A DNA stretch of 64,000 nucleotides from Candidatus Thalassarchaeaceae archaeon (GCA_023700255.1 JAJPRD010000001.1:53566-117565); one strand, 5' to 3'. Shown: positions 40,066 through 51,125, counted from the stretch's first letter. The notes: a model not told the origin generated them from the letters alone. Made by a program: numbers and translations.

Positions 40066-42129
40066 TTACCAACCAAGATCCTCTTGACTAAATTCACAAT
40101 TTCCTTCACAGGTATCTATTACAGCACCGTTTGAAAGATAATTAAATGCCATTTCTCTTGCCATAGGCAACGCACCTATTGCATTATGTGCAGGATGAGG
40201 TTCTTGCCCATATTCATTACCTACAGGGGGTTGTATATATCCCCCATCAAAGAATACACCTACTGATCCAACATATCCATCTTCAACTATATTTAACCCA
40301 TATGGGGTGATTGTTGAGGAGTTGAGTAATGGGATTCCTCCAGTTCTCATCATTCTTGATGAAGAAATATTTGATATTTGTAAATCTGATATCGAAAACA
40401 AAGTCATTAATTCAAATGGTTCTATTTGATCCAGATATCCGCTTTCTCTTATACTTAGGAATGTATCTGTTTCAGTAGAATCCCATAATGACTGTATTAT
40501 TGACATTACCACTGCTCTATCCAATTGATTGTCATAACCATATTCACTAGCGAAAATAAAGTGAAAGGCATCATATTGAGTACATCTCTCAATTATATGT
40601 GAAAAAGAAGAGCCACCTGCCCATAATACTCCTCTATCTAAATCTGGTGAGAGACCAATTATTGAAGGGCCTCTTAATGCACCATTTGAGTACCCAGTAT
40701 ATGTTGGTTCGTTGGTATCTATTAACTTATATCCATCAACTGTATAATACTCTGGTAGATCCGAACAAATTCCCATGAATGTTTTTATCATAACTACTTG
40801 ATTAATCATAGCTTGTTCTAATCTTTCGGCTTGATGCTGGAAATATTGCATATTTAATACCGCATATTCGATACTAGTACTGTCATCATCAGACCATCCA
40901 TAGAAACTAGTTCCTAGCATTGCAATATTATTTTCATTTGCCCAACCGCTTAATCCTGAGGTATTACCATTACCCAGAAAGCCATGCCCCCATATCGTTA
41001 GATTCGCAGGTTCTTGTAGTTCTACGGAAGATCCTGGAATTACTAACCAGAACGGAATTTCTCTATTCTCAACAAAAACAGGGGTTCTATCTTCTGCGGA
41101 AGTTCTTCTTATTAGTGCTGGAGGGAAAAATGATTCAGTATATTGCGGTGCAGTAAATGTTCCAGTTATCAGCCAATGGCTTCTATTGTCTTCAATCATA
41201 ACTTCAGTATTAGATTCAAATGTACATCCTATTCCATCTCCAGTTCTTTCTAAAGCATCATTTCTCATGGATAGTAATGGACCAATCATCGATTCCGTTG
41301 AAGAGGTATGGAACTCCCAAGCAGTTTGAAGTTCACTGGTCGAGATATCGGCATTGACTTCTATCCAAGAGAATAAGTTTTGGAAACCAGCTCTTCTATT
41401 TTCAATATCAGGCGATGAAGTAATTCGTTGATTTTTTATTGCATCAAAACCTTCTGGAGTGGGAACTAATTCTCCAACTTGGTCAGTTAATCCTGAGATT
41501 ATTACAACATAAGGAGTATTATGTTCCAATGCTTCAATTGTTCTGATATGAAGTATAGTAGGTTGGTCAATTTCAGATCTTATGTCGAGTTCAACCCAAT
41601 GTGCAACCAATTCCCCAGTTAATTTATTCATTAAAATTGTAGGATGCCCATTTTCTAAGCTTTTAGAGATACTATACTGTCCTGCTAGTTCTGATACATC
41701 AGGTTCTATTGTAAAAGCAGTCATAATTTGTGTATTTGGACTAACTCCATCTATCTGATTAAGTATTGGTACTTCTACAGGGCTAACTGTGCCTGAACCT
41801 GGTATAGTGTTTGAAGAATAATGGATTCTTTTACCAGTAATTGTATTTTGGTCATCAATCAGAAACGCATCAGAAGGAAAAGGAAGCATACAATGTATTG
41901 AATTTGTATTGTCGCATCCATCAATATGCGGTATTTCAAGAATTTCAACAGGTTCCTCATAGTAACAACTGTCATCATTTATTGTGGCATTTTCATTAAA
42001 ATTTAATGCATCAGCATCAGTACAGCCTAAAAACTCGAATACATCATCAGTAATCTCATCGTTTACTGCTGTACATCCGGAAAGGATTATACTACAAGAT
42101 AATAGTACTACAAGTGCTTGTTTCATCAT
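40066..42129 (-). CDS. large secreted lipoprotein, hypothetical (possible hydrolase)
   Basis: Signal peptide plus lipobox LSGC. 687 aa acidic extracellular protein. A GHGF segment. N-terminal Cys-bracketed motif shared with OppA. Confidence 0.5.
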   Translation of the reverse strand: MMKQALVVLLSCSIILSGCTAVNDEITDDVFEFLGCTDADALNFNENATINDDSCYYEEPVEILEIPHIDGCDNTNSIHCMLPFPSDAFLIDDQNTITGKRIHYSSNTIPGSGTVSPVEVPILNQIDGVSPNTQIMTAFTIEPDVSELAGQYSISKSLENGHPTILMNKLTGELVAHWVELDIRSEIDQPTILHIRTIEALEHNTPYVVIISGLTDQVGELVPTPEGFDAIKNQRITSSPDIENRRAGFQNLFSWIEVNADISTSELQTAWEFHTSSTESMIGPLLSMRNDALERTGDGIGCTFESNTEVMIEDNRSHWLITGTFTAPQYTESFFPPALIRRTSAEDRTPVFVENREIPFWLVIPGSSVELQEPANLTIWGHGFLGNGNTSGLSGWANENNIAMLGTSFYGWSDDDSTSIEYAVLNMQYFQHQAERLEQAMINQVVMIKTFMGICSDLPEYYTVDGYKLIDTNEPTYTGYSNGALRGPSIIGLSPDLDRGVLWAGGSSFSHIIERCTQYDAFHFIFASEYGYDNQLDRAVVMSIIQSLWDSTETDTFLSIRESGYLDQIEPFELMTLFSISDLQISNISSSRMMRTGGIPLLNSSTITPYGLNIVEDGYVGSVGVFFDGGYIQPPVGNEYGQEPHPAHNAIGALPMAREMAFNYLSNGAVIDTCEGNCEFSQEDLGW

Positions 42130-42158
42130 TATAACGTAATGTCAATCAGTTATCAATA

Positions 42159-42692
42159 CTAGTTTTCAGAAACTATCACTTTTACCGGTCTTAAAACTCG
42201 GTCATGATACATATATCCATCTTCAATAATTTCTAAAACTACTCCCGGATTTTTACCTTCTGGAGCAGGTATTGCTGCTATAGCCTCCATAAATGAGGGG
42301 TTGAATTCAGCATCTAATGCTTCTATTTTCACAATTCCTTCATTTTCTAATGTGATTTTAAGTCTCTTCAATGTCAGATTTACACCTTCTATAAATTTCT
42401 CAGAATCATTATTTTCAATCTCTAGAGCTTTTTCTAGATTATCAACTACTGGTAGTATATTAAATGCCAAATTCATACCTGCAAATTTCACTAATATGTT
42501 CCTTTCTCTTGCATACCTTTGCCTAATATTTGCGATCTCTGCGGTATTATATTGTTTCTCTTTTTGTAATTCTTCTATTTGTTGTTCAAGGATTACAATA
42601 GGGTCTATTTCATCGTTTTCTTCAAGAATAATCTCTTCGGATAATTCCTCTACCGTTTCATCGACCTCGTCCGTCATGCCCTTGGGTTTCAA
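42159..42692 (-). CDS. grpE: nucleotide exchange factor GrpE
   Basis: Coiled-coil N-terminus. GrpE core IANIRQRYARER...VLRPVKVIVSE. Confidence 0.75.
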   Translation of the reverse strand: MKPKGMTDEVDETVEELSEEIILEENDEIDPIVILEQQIEELQKEKQYNTAEIANIRQRYARERNILVKFAGMNLAFNILPVVDNLEKALEIENNDSEKFIEGVNLTLKRLKITLENEGIVKIEALDAEFNPSFMEAIAAIPAPEGKNPGVVLEIIEDGYMYHDRVLRPVKVIVSEN

Positions 42693-42720
42693 ACATCCTT
42701 CAAGAATCCAATGGTCTTAG

Positions 42721-44499
42721 TTATTCGAGATAGAAGTATTCACCGGCTACTTTTTGCTCCCTATCTTTACGACTATCAGGTTTATTGATACGTGGTCTAT
42801 GAGATTCATGATCTCTTCTAAACGTGACATTTACGTCTTTCAAGAATTTATTCATACCCTTTCGTAGACTTAGGGGTCCTACAGCGTTTCCATGCTTGCC
42901 ACCTTCTCCATCAAAAACCAGTAATGAATCACTTACAATATCAATGAAGTAAATATCATGATCAATTACCATGGCTGCTTTTTCATTACTCTCCATTGTT
43001 CTTCGGATAGCCTTTGCAGCCTCCATTCTTGCATTCGCATCAAGGTGTGCACTAGGTTCATCAAGAAGATACAAATCTGCTTCCCTACCTAGGCAAATGA
43101 CTATGCTGACAGCTTGTAACTCTCCTCCTGAAAGTTTTTTGGCTTTAAGTTCTAACAATTGATCAACTTTTAATGGTCGAACTACTTGTGTATGGAATTC
43201 TCCAGTTCTCCACTTGGGACCTAATTCTGTATTCAACCAATCTTCTACACTACCTTCAAAATCAGTATGTACATGTTGAGGTTTATACGATACTTTCGCA
43301 TCCATTGTGCACCATCCTTGATCTGGTTCTATTTCTCCAGCAATCATTTTGACCATGGTGGTTTTACCAGTGGCATTCGGTCCAACAACGCCTACTACCT
43401 CTGCACTTCGGACCATTCCTTCACCGGTTTTAAGTTTGAAACTTCCAAGAGTTTTTTCCATATCCCCCCATTTTAAAATTGGTAATCCTATGCCTTCTCC
43501 CCTTACCCTTCCTCTCAAAAATTGTATTGGTTTATCTCTTATTCTTACGTTTTCTTCAGGTAAGAAACCCTCTAAGTATGCATTTATTGCACTTCTTGTA
43601 GATCTTGCAGGTGTGAAAATTCCAAATGCAGCTCGCTCCCCATAGACTACGTGAAGTAAATCACAAAGAACATCAAGTATAGCCAAGTCGTGTTCAACAA
43701 CAATCACTCTTTTCCCCTTTTCTGCCAAGTCTTGTATGATTTTCACCATTCTCATACGTTCATGTATGTCCAGGTAAGAGGATGGTTCGTCAAAGAAATA
43801 TACCTCTGCTTCTTTCAGCATAGTTGCACAAATTGCTACCCTTTGCAATTCTCCTCCAGATAACTGACCTATATTCCGTTCTAATATGTGATTAATAGCT
43901 AATAACTCAGCATATTCATTTAGTTCACCACGGTCATCAACTCTTTCGAGTAATTCTCTTGCTTTTCCATCGAATATTTTTGGTAATTTATCGATGTATT
44001 GTGGTTTTACTGCAATTCTAACCTTATCATCAGCAACTAATTTCAAATAATCTCTCAATTCTCCTCTCGGGAATGACTCAATTATATCATCCCATTCTGC
44101 AGAGTTAATTGTCCAGTCACCTAAGTTTGGTTGTATCGAGCCAGAAAGAAGGTTGATTGCAGTTGATTTACCCATTCCATTAGGGCCTAATATACCTACA
44201 ACTTGCTTTTCTCTAGGAGCAGGTAATCTGAAAAGCCTAAATCCATTTTGTCCATATCGATGAGTCATTTCACCCTCTAATTCTTCTGGTAAGTTTGTAA
44301 TTATTAAGGCATCAAATGGACATTTTGTAATACAAATTCCACATCCTATGCAAAGAGGTTCTGAAACAATTGGTTTTCCACTAGAGTCATCGAGAATAAT
44401 ACATTCAATTCCATTTCGAACAGGTGGACAAAATGCCCAACATTCCGCATTACATTTCTCAGGGCTACACCTATCTTCTAGAAGTACAGCCACTCTCAT
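42721..44499 (-). CDS. abcE1: ABCE1 / RNase L inhibitor-type ribosome recycling ATPase
   Basis: N-terminal 4Fe-4S ferredoxin [16 protein letters not shown]. Two ABC NBDs ([18 protein letters not shown]). 592 aa. Confidence 0.9.
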   Translation of the reverse strand: MRVAVLLEDRCSPEKCNAECWAFCPPVRNGIECIILDDSSGKPIVSEPLCIGCGICITKCPFDALIITNLPEELEGEMTHRYGQNGFRLFRLPAPREKQVVGILGPNGMGKSTAINLLSGSIQPNLGDWTINSAEWDDIIESFPRGELRDYLKLVADDKVRIAVKPQYIDKLPKIFDGKARELLERVDDRGELNEYAELLAINHILERNIGQLSGGELQRVAICATMLKEAEVYFFDEPSSYLDIHERMRMVKIIQDLAEKGKRVIVVEHDLAILDVLCDLLHVVYGERAAFGIFTPARSTRSAINAYLEGFLPEENVRIRDKPIQFLRGRVRGEGIGLPILKWGDMEKTLGSFKLKTGEGMVRSAEVVGVVGPNATGKTTMVKMIAGEIEPDQGWCTMDAKVSYKPQHVHTDFEGSVEDWLNTELGPKWRTGEFHTQVVRPLKVDQLLELKAKKLSGGELQAVSIVICLGREADLYLLDEPSAHLDANARMEAAKAIRRTMESNEKAAMVIDHDIYFIDIVSDSLLVFDGEGGKHGNAVGPLSLRKGMNKFLKDVNVTFRRDHESHRPRINKPDSRKDREQKVAGEYFYLE

Positions 44500-44567
44500 A
44501 ATATCATCTCACTCGTATTTTATTCAATATGTCTTCTATTATATAGGCGGATTTAAGTTGATTTCAA

Positions 44568-45818
44568 TCATACTGCAAAGAAACGGTGTCTGACATAAAT
44601 ATACGCTGCCAAGCCTATTTTCTCTGTTTTAGATAATTGAGTTCTTTCAGAGAACACATCACCATCATTTTTTTCAATTTTCTTCATTATTGAGTGATAA
44701 AATGTAGTCATTGCAGCAGGTGAATATCTACTCGACTTGTCAAGTAGAGGGAATAATTTGATACCTCTTTCACGATACTTATCTGCTCTTGAAATAAATT
44801 CTGAAACGAATGGTTTCCATCCTGGATGATTCAAAATTTCTTTACCTTTTCTTAAATCCTCTTCGGAAATTCCGTATCGTGCGAGATCTTCTATCGGTAG
44901 ATATATTCGGTCGCGTTCAATATCTTCAGCAACATCTCGTAGTATATTCGTTAGCTGCATATAAATCCCCCAAGATTCCGCATACTCTCTCGCCTTTTTA
45001 TCCTCATATCCATATATTTCAATACATACAAGCCCTACTGTTGATGCGACCTTATAGCAGTATGAATAGAGATCCTCAAATGTATCATATCTATTACGGT
45101 GAAAATCTTCTTCCATGCCACTAATCATGTCATCGAGAAGTTGTCGAGATATTCCGTATTTGTTAACTGTATCTTTTAGGGCAATGAATATCGGGTCAGT
45201 CGATGTAATTTTCCCATATGCTGTCGATAATTTTTTCCTATAATAAAATAATTGTGACATTTTATCATTATATGATGATCGGTCTAAAACTGGTCTTCCA
45301 TCGATTAATCTCTCAATTTTTGTCCTATAATCTATAGACTCTTGATTATCTTCTGAACCACCAGGGAAATAATCAACATAATCTCCATCTGCAATATCAT
45401 CAGCACGTCTACAAAATGCATAGTAAGCCATAATCGATTTTCTTTCTTCTTCTGGTAGGTACTTGAATGAATGATAAAAATTACCAGCCTCTCTCCGTGT
45501 TAATTCTTCACAATAATTGTAAGCCGAGTCTACGATATCTTGCGGCACAATATTTTCCGACCAAATTGCAGCATCTATATGGGTGAATGGATTTACAAGT
45601 TCCCCTCTAGAGCCGATTACTCCCATGAAAACAGCACTCTCTCTCAGTGTTTCTAGTGCAGTAATACTAATCGCATGAACAGCCTCTCTCGTGATGCCTA
45701 CAGCCGTTCGAACTTTTTCGATAGGTTGAGCATCAGAGTCTGCATCGACAAGAGTAATACTCTTGCCTTGGCCATAATCAACCATGGGCTCAGAATTGTT
45801 TATCTGTCCCCCCGACAT
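44568..45818 (-). CDS. squalene/phytoene synthase family enzyme (CrtB-like) with an N-terminal extension
   Basis: Asp-rich motifs FCRRADDIAD and ILRDVAEDIERDRIYLP. YSYCYKVASTVG motif. Confidence 0.8.
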   Translation of the reverse strand: MSGGQINNSEPMVDYGQGKSITLVDADSDAQPIEKVRTAVGITREAVHAISITALETLRESAVFMGVIGSRGELVNPFTHIDAAIWSENIVPQDIVDSAYNYCEELTRREAGNFYHSFKYLPEEERKSIMAYYAFCRRADDIADGDYVDYFPGGSEDNQESIDYRTKIERLIDGRPVLDRSSYNDKMSQLFYYRKKLSTAYGKITSTDPIFIALKDTVNKYGISRQLLDDMISGMEEDFHRNRYDTFEDLYSYCYKVASTVGLVCIEIYGYEDKKAREYAESWGIYMQLTNILRDVAEDIERDRIYLPIEDLARYGISEEDLRKGKEILNHPGWKPFVSEFISRADKYRERGIKLFPLLDKSSRYSPAAMTTFYHSIMKKIEKNDGDVFSERTQLSKTEKIGLAAYIYVRHRFFAV

Positions 45819-45892
45819 ACTACTTCAACCTCAAGCCCAATTGATTCGTTCTTGAACCCAACGCTCGATTGGGTAATCTATAATTCAATGAT

Positions 45893-46948
45893 TTAACTAA
45901 AATAAGTCATTTTTTTGGGGTTTTTCCTAGTCATACATAACCAAATTGATTTTCTCATAATTTTTTTTATTTCTGGTCTTAAAACTTTTATTCTATTCTC
46001 TGAATTTAGAATATTTCCTTCCTTCATAAGAATCAATGTCCTTTGCCCTATTAAGACAGGCAACATACATGATAATCTGAGGCGATATTGATTTTTAGGT
46101 AACATTTCAATATATTCTACGGCATTATCTAGGTAAGTACTTGCGGTTTCGAGATAAGAATTGAATAATGGTCTAAATGAACTCATATTTTCAGAATTTA
46201 ACAAATCTTCAGGATTCAAATCATATTCTGAGAGTGTTCTTCTAGGTAAGTAGCATCTACCCATTTGTAAATCCTCTGGTAAATCTCTTAAAATATTAAT
46301 TAATTGTAAAGATTTACCAAAATTCACTGCTTTTTCAAATATTATTTCTTTATCTCCTTGCCCTATTTTGAAAAGATGATCTAATGACATATGTGTCCAA
46401 AATTCCCCTACACACCCAGCCACTCTATAGGTGTAATCATCTAATTCATCCTCACTCTCTAATGCAATTATTTTTTCTCCCGAAGCATCAGTAAATCGTT
46501 CTAAATCTAGTGATTGGCCTCCAATGATTATATCTAAGCAAGACCTAATTTTCATCTTATCTGAATTTGAAAAATTATTAGATTTTTCTAAATAATTGAC
46601 AGGTATTTCCACATCATATAGTAACTCAGCTTCAGCCTTGTTTTCTTGAATAGTCGCTAGCTCACTAAAATCTGGCAATTTTTGATTTTGATTTTGAATT
46701 CTTAAATTATATTCTTCTAGGAATTCGAGTAATTTCTTATTTTCTCCAACTTTTGAGTCTGCAATCGTATCCGCCAGACGTGCTAATAAATACATCAAGC
46801 CAACGTGTCTGCGTATTTTTTTAGGTAGAACTTTAAGGCTCAGGAAAAATGATCGAGAGGTTCCTTTGAGTAAATAATCAATCCTTTTTTCAGACTCGCC
46901 TACCCCTAGCATGCCTTCTCCCATGGACTTTGAGGGAATGTTTGACAT
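45893..46948 (-). CDS. squalene/phytoene synthase family enzyme (second paralog)
   Basis: Motifs LARLADTIAD, YRVAGCVGEF and NILRDLPEDLQMGRCYLP. Confidence 0.75.
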   Translation of the reverse strand: MSNIPSKSMGEGMLGVGESEKRIDYLLKGTSRSFFLSLKVLPKKIRRHVGLMYLLARLADTIADSKVGENKKLLEFLEEYNLRIQNQNQKLPDFSELATIQENKAEAELLYDVEIPVNYLEKSNNFSNSDKMKIRSCLDIIIGGQSLDLERFTDASGEKIIALESEDELDDYTYRVAGCVGEFWTHMSLDHLFKIGQGDKEIIFEKAVNFGKSLQLINILRDLPEDLQMGRCYLPRRTLSEYDLNPEDLLNSENMSSFRPLFNSYLETASTYLDNAVEYIEMLPKNQYRLRLSCMLPVLIGQRTLILMKEGNILNSENRIKVLRPEIKKIMRKSIWLCMTRKNPKKMTYFS

Positions 46949-46969
46949 CTAAGACTCTCGCTTCCTAGT

Positions 46970-47890
46970 TTATCTTAGTCCTGCATCTTTCAATGCTTTA
47001 ACCAATACATTTCCTATTTCTGATGGGTCTCTAGCGACGTAAATTCCTGCTGCTTCGAAAGCAGCGAATTTCTCTTGAGCAGTACCCTTTCCACCTGAAA
47101 TTATGGCTCCAGCATGCCCCATCCTTTTCCCTGGTGGTGCAGTTGATCCAGCAACGAAACCTACTATGGGTTTACTCATATTTTTAGAGGCCCATTCAGC
47201 AGCTTCTTCTTCTGCTGATCCGCCGATTTCACCAATCATTACTATTGCTTCTGTTTGCGGGTCTGCCTCGAAAGCAGCAAGGCAATCGATAAACCCAGTT
47301 CCATTAACTGGATCTCCACCAATACCTACGCATGTTGATTGCCCCTCATCTACACTCATAGTTTGTGCTACTGCTTCATAAGTCAAAGTTCCAGATTTTG
47401 AAACAATTCCAATCCTTCCTTTTGCATGAATAAATCCTGGCATTATTCCAACCTTGCATCCACCATTTTCACCCGGTGTTATGATACCGGGACAATTTGG
47501 TCCAATCAATCTTACATTTGGATATTTATCTACTCGTGCAACAGCTCTAATCATATCTAGAATTGGAATTCCTTCAGTAATGCAGACAATCAATCCTCCT
47601 CCATTTTGTTCGAAAGCATCAGCGGCTTCAATTATTGCCGCAGCAGCAAATTTTGCGGGAACATATATTACACTTACATCGGCATTAGTTTCTTCAAGTC
47701 CTTCAGAAACGGAATTAAATACGGGGACATTCTTATTCGGCAGTTCTACAATTTGCCCACCTTTTCCAGGTGTTACTCCTCCTACAACGTTGGTTTGGTA
47801 TTCATCCATCATTGTTCCATGAAATGTACCTTGTTTACCAGTAATCCCTTGAATAAGGACTTTGCTTTCTTCATGAATCCAAATAGACAT
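46970..47890 (-). CDS. sucD: succinate--CoA ligase subunit alpha
   Basis: CoA-binding Rossmann fold. Phospho-His region [10 protein letters not shown]. About 300 aa. Confidence 0.9.
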   Translation of the reverse strand: MSIWIHEESKVLIQGITGKQGTFHGTMMDEYQTNVVGGVTPGKGGQIVELPNKNVPVFNSVSEGLEETNADVSVIYVPAKFAAAAIIEAADAFEQNGGGLIVCITEGIPILDMIRAVARVDKYPNVRLIGPNCPGIITPGENGGCKVGIMPGFIHAKGRIGIVSKSGTLTYEAVAQTMSVDEGQSTCVGIGGDPVNGTGFIDCLAAFEADPQTEAIVMIGEIGGSAEEEAAEWASKNMSKPIVGFVAGSTAPPGKRMGHAGAIISGGKGTAQEKFAAFEAAGIYVARDPSEIGNVLVKALKDAGLR

Positions 47891-49107
47891 TATTGTTCAC
47901 CTCTAGTTAATTTGACAATCTTTTCAGCGCCTTCTGCCAGAGTACTTGCTGTATAGACATCTAAATCACAATTATCTAGGACTGCTTTACCTTCGACATG
48001 GTTAGTTCCAGAAAATCTAACTACTAACGGAACTTCTAATCCCAGTTCGTTTGATGCCTCAATGACACTTCTAGCAACCATGTCGCATTGAATAATTCCT
48101 CCAAATATATTTACTAGGATTCCTTCAACATTCTCATCTTCAAGAATAATTCCAAAGGCAGTTGTTATTGATTCTCTTGTAGCGCCTCCTCCTATATCTA
48201 GGAAATTTGCTGGTTCACCTCCGTACAATTTTATCACATCCATTGATGCCATCGCTAATCCTGCTCCATTTACTAGGCAACCAATATTTCCTTCTAATTT
48301 CACATAAGATAGTCCATGCTCGTGTGCTCTAATCTCAACTTCTTCTTCCTCAGCATGATCTCGCATTTCATCCATCCATGGATGTCTATATGATGCATTA
48401 TCATCAAAGCTTACTTTTGCATCTAGTGCAATCATTTCTCCAGACTCTGAACGGACAAGTGGATTAATTTCTATCATCGCACAATCTTTTTCTACAAACA
48501 TTTTTGATAATGATGAAAGCATTGATACTAAGTCATCTTTCGATGAATCAACCAGCCCTAACTGATCAGCCATATTCTCTGCATCTTTTATGTCCAAACC
48601 ATCGATTGGGTGTGCCCAAATTTTATGTATCGCTTCAGGTGTATTTTCAGCTACTTCTTCAATATCAACTCCTCCTTCTTTTGAAGCCATGATAAGTACT
48701 GATTTTGCTTCACGATCAATGAGAAGAGCGAGATAATACTCGTGCGCAATAGAACATCCAGACTCTATGTATAGATTGTTTACTATTTTACCCTCAGGGC
48801 CGGTCTGTTTTGTGACCAGTTTCCTACCTATTATGTTGCTTGCATAGGTCTCAACCTCATCTCTGGAAAATGCGATTTTCACGCCTCCTTCCATAATTAA
48901 GTCACCATTTTCAGGGTCGTAAAGATTGCCTTTCCCTCGGCCTCCTGCATGAATCTGCGACTTTACTGCAACTATCTTAGATCCCAAACTGTCATATGCT
49001 GACAATGCATCAATTACTGTTTTACAGTGTATTCCATCTTGTACTTTCACACCTGCTTCTTTAAACAGAATTTTTCCTTGATACTCGTGAATATTCATAT
49101 CTATCAT
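47890..49107 (-). CDS. sucC: succinate--CoA ligase subunit beta
   Basis: ATP-grasp N-terminus [10 protein letters not shown]-terminal ligase-CoA domain. It overlaps sucD by 1 nt. Confidence 0.9.
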   Translation of the reverse strand: MIDMNIHEYQGKILFKEAGVKVQDGIHCKTVIDALSAYDSLGSKIVAVKSQIHAGGRGKGNLYDPENGDLIMEGGVKIAFSRDEVETYASNIIGRKLVTKQTGPEGKIVNNLYIESGCSIAHEYYLALLIDREAKSVLIMASKEGGVDIEEVAENTPEAIHKIWAHPIDGLDIKDAENMADQLGLVDSSKDDLVSMLSSLSKMFVEKDCAMIEINPLVRSESGEMIALDAKVSFDDNASYRHPWMDEMRDHAEEEEVEIRAHEHGLSYVKLEGNIGCLVNGAGLAMASMDVIKLYGGEPANFLDIGGGATRESITTAFGIILEDENVEGILVNIFGGIIQCDMVARSVIEASNELGLEVPLVVRFSGTNHVEGKAVLDNCDLDVYTASTLAEGAEKIVKLTRGEQ

Positions 49108-49202
49108 GCCTCCGAACCGAACTCGCTCTTTGAACGATGCGCTGATAGAAGTTCAAATCCTAGACACGAAGTGCTGAAATCAATTGTCATATCCGACAGG
49201 GT

Positions 49203-50165
49203 ATGGACGTAGTAGTTCTAGCAGGCGGTTTTGGTACTAGGTTGAGACCTTGGACTGAAGGAAGGGCGAAACCATTGCTTCCCGTGTTAGATAAAACTCT
49301 TTTAGAGAGAGTTGTTGAATGTGTTCCTCCTAAACTAATTGATAGGGTGGTAATTGCAGCAGGTTATAGCATAGATGAAATGCAGGAATTCTTTAATTCA
49401 TCTGATATTTCTTATGATGTAGTAATATCTGTTGAAGATGACCCGTTAGGTACCGGGGGTGCTATCGCTAAAGCACTAGAACATCTTACAGGCGAGGGAC
49501 CAGTATTGGTATTAAATGGCGATTTAGTATCAAGTGTAAATGTAATCGAGTTGCTTAATCATCACCAAGAAAAAGAAGCTAAAGTCACACTTTCACTTTG
49601 GCATGTAGATGATCCGAGCAGGTTTGGAGTATGTGGTTTAGAAAGTTCCGGGATGATTACGAGATTTCAAGAAAAACCAGCACCTGGTACTGAATTTTCA
49701 AATCTTATAAACGCAGGGTGTTATTTGATAGAAAGGGAAGTTTTAGAGTCTCTTTCTAGTGAGAAACATAGTATGGAAAGAGAAGTATTCCCAGTTATTG
49801 CAAATAATGGAGATATGGCAGGCTTAGAATTCAAGGGCTATTTTGTTGATGCAGGAACTCCCTCTTCATTCCTAGATGCAACAAAGGTTTGTATATCTAA
49901 TAATAGATATTCTGTCGGAATTGTCGATGGAAATAATTGGTATTCAGATATTAATTTCAGTACCAGTTCATCTATTGAGGGAACGTCTATTTCTAACGAT
50001 GTCTCGATTGGCAAAAATTCTATAATTATTGATTGCGTAATTTTATCGGGCGCAAAAATAGGTGAAAATTGCACTTTGCATCGTTGCTTAGTAGGTGAAT
50101 CATCAATCATTTCCAGTGATTCTATAATTTCGGATAGAGTCATTGGACATGGCGAAATTGTTTAA
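49203..50165 (+). CDS. sugar-1-phosphate nucleotidyltransferase with a C-terminal left-handed beta-helix
   Basis: LAGGFGTRLRPWT NTP-transferase motif. C-terminal hexapeptide-repeat region. Confidence 0.75.
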   Translation: MDVVVLAGGFGTRLRPWTEGRAKPLLPVLDKTLLERVVECVPPKLIDRVVIAAGYSIDEMQEFFNSSDISYDVVISVEDDPLGTGGAIAKALEHLTGEGPVLVLNGDLVSSVNVIELLNHHQEKEAKVTLSLWHVDDPSRFGVCGLESSGMITRFQEKPAPGTEFSNLINAGCYLIEREVLESLSSEKHSMEREVFPVIANNGDMAGLEFKGYFVDAGTPSSFLDATKVCISNNRYSVGIVDGNNWYSDINFSTSSSIEGTSISNDVSIGKNSIIIDCVILSGAKIGENCTLHRCLVGESSIISSDSIISDRVIGHGEIV

Positions 50166-50192
50166 TTCATCCGTCATTATCATATCAGTTTA

Positions 50193-50870
50193 ATGTCTCG
50201 GAGATTCATGAGAGAACAACTCGTGGTTGTAAATTTCAAAACATATGAGACTGCTCATGGTATAGCGGCGGAAAAATTAGCCCTAATCATGGAATCAATT
50301 GAAACAGATGCACGGATGATAGCTGTTGTTTCAGCATTTGATTTATCTGCAGTGGTTTCTGTAGCACCTAATCTTGAGGTATGGACACAACATCTTGACC
50401 CGATTAGTTTTGGTTCAAACACTGGTTGGTTGCATCCTGAGACTGCAATACAAAGAGGTGCAAAGGGTACCTTGATTAATCATGCTGAACATAAAGTTTC
50501 AATTGAACATATTGCCATGTTACTCGATACTGTACCCGAAGGGTTCACTGTTTGTGCATGTGCTGCTGATATAGATGAAGCCCGGGCTTTGTCTGCACTT
50601 ATGCCGGATTATGTCGCAGTTGAACCTCCTGAATTAATTGGTGGAGATATATCTGTCACGACGGCGGATCCTGAGATTGTGAGTAGTACTGCTAGGGCTA
50701 TCCGTGAAATAAGTGAAGAAGTAGGGATTCTTTGTGGCGCCGGCGTCAAAAATGGAAACGACGTCCTCAAGGCTATAGAATTAGGAACTTCTGGAGTATT
50801 GTTAGCGAGTGGTGTAACTAAAGTTGAAGATGCTGCACAGGCTCTGAAGGATTTAATTTCGAAAATATAA
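50193..50870 (+). CDS. tpiA: triose-phosphate isomerase (archaeal short type)
   Basis: VVNFKTY start region. GTLINHAEHK (catalytic His). About 220 aa, as in archaeal TIM. The start may be the internal ATG at 50208. Confidence 0.8.
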   Translation: MSRRFMREQLVVVNFKTYETAHGIAAEKLALIMESIETDARMIAVVSAFDLSAVVSVAPNLEVWTQHLDPISFGSNTGWLHPETAIQRGAKGTLINHAEHKVSIEHIAMLLDTVPEGFTVCACAADIDEARALSALMPDYVAVEPPELIGGDISVTTADPEIVSSTARAIREISEEVGILCGAGVKNGNDVLKAIELGTSGVLLASGVTKVEDAAQALKDLISKI

Positions 50871-50935
50871 TGTCTTATTTTCAGTTGAAAATAAATAATT
50901 TATCTGTAGTCGAATACCGCTAAGAAGCAGGATAA

Positions 50936-51043
50936 TCACTGTTTTGCTCTCTTTCGAGATGCTTTTCGACGACGCAATTTCTTCTTACGCCATTTCCAGC
51001 GTTGGTTTCCTTGCTTCTTCCAGGCACGTGAACCTCGCTTCAT
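50936..51043 (-). CDS. rpl41e: ribosomal protein L41e-like micro-protein (35 aa, extremely basic)
   Basis: Translates to MKRGSRAWKKQGNQRWKWRKKKLRRRKASRKRAKQ. It is below the ORF-track length cutoff. Its composition and the RWKW core resemble archaeal/eukaryal L41e. It sits directly downstream of tRNA-Arg on the same strand. Confidence 0.55.
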   Translation of the reverse strand: MKRGSRAWKKQGNQRWKWRKKKLRRRKASRKRAKQ

Positions 51044-51125
51044 TCAGCCCGCCGACCTACTGCCCCTATATGAGCGATTTGTAGAGTGAGAACAAACCTT
51101 CGTCACTCAAGTCGTTGTCTTTGAG

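Noticed and set aside
50936-51125. GC-richer island between tpiA and tRNA-Arg, initially considered a structured ncRNA.
   Set aside because: The GC richness is explained by dense Arg/Lys codons of a 35-aa L41e-like ORF (reported as a feature). I could not build a convincing RNA secondary structure.
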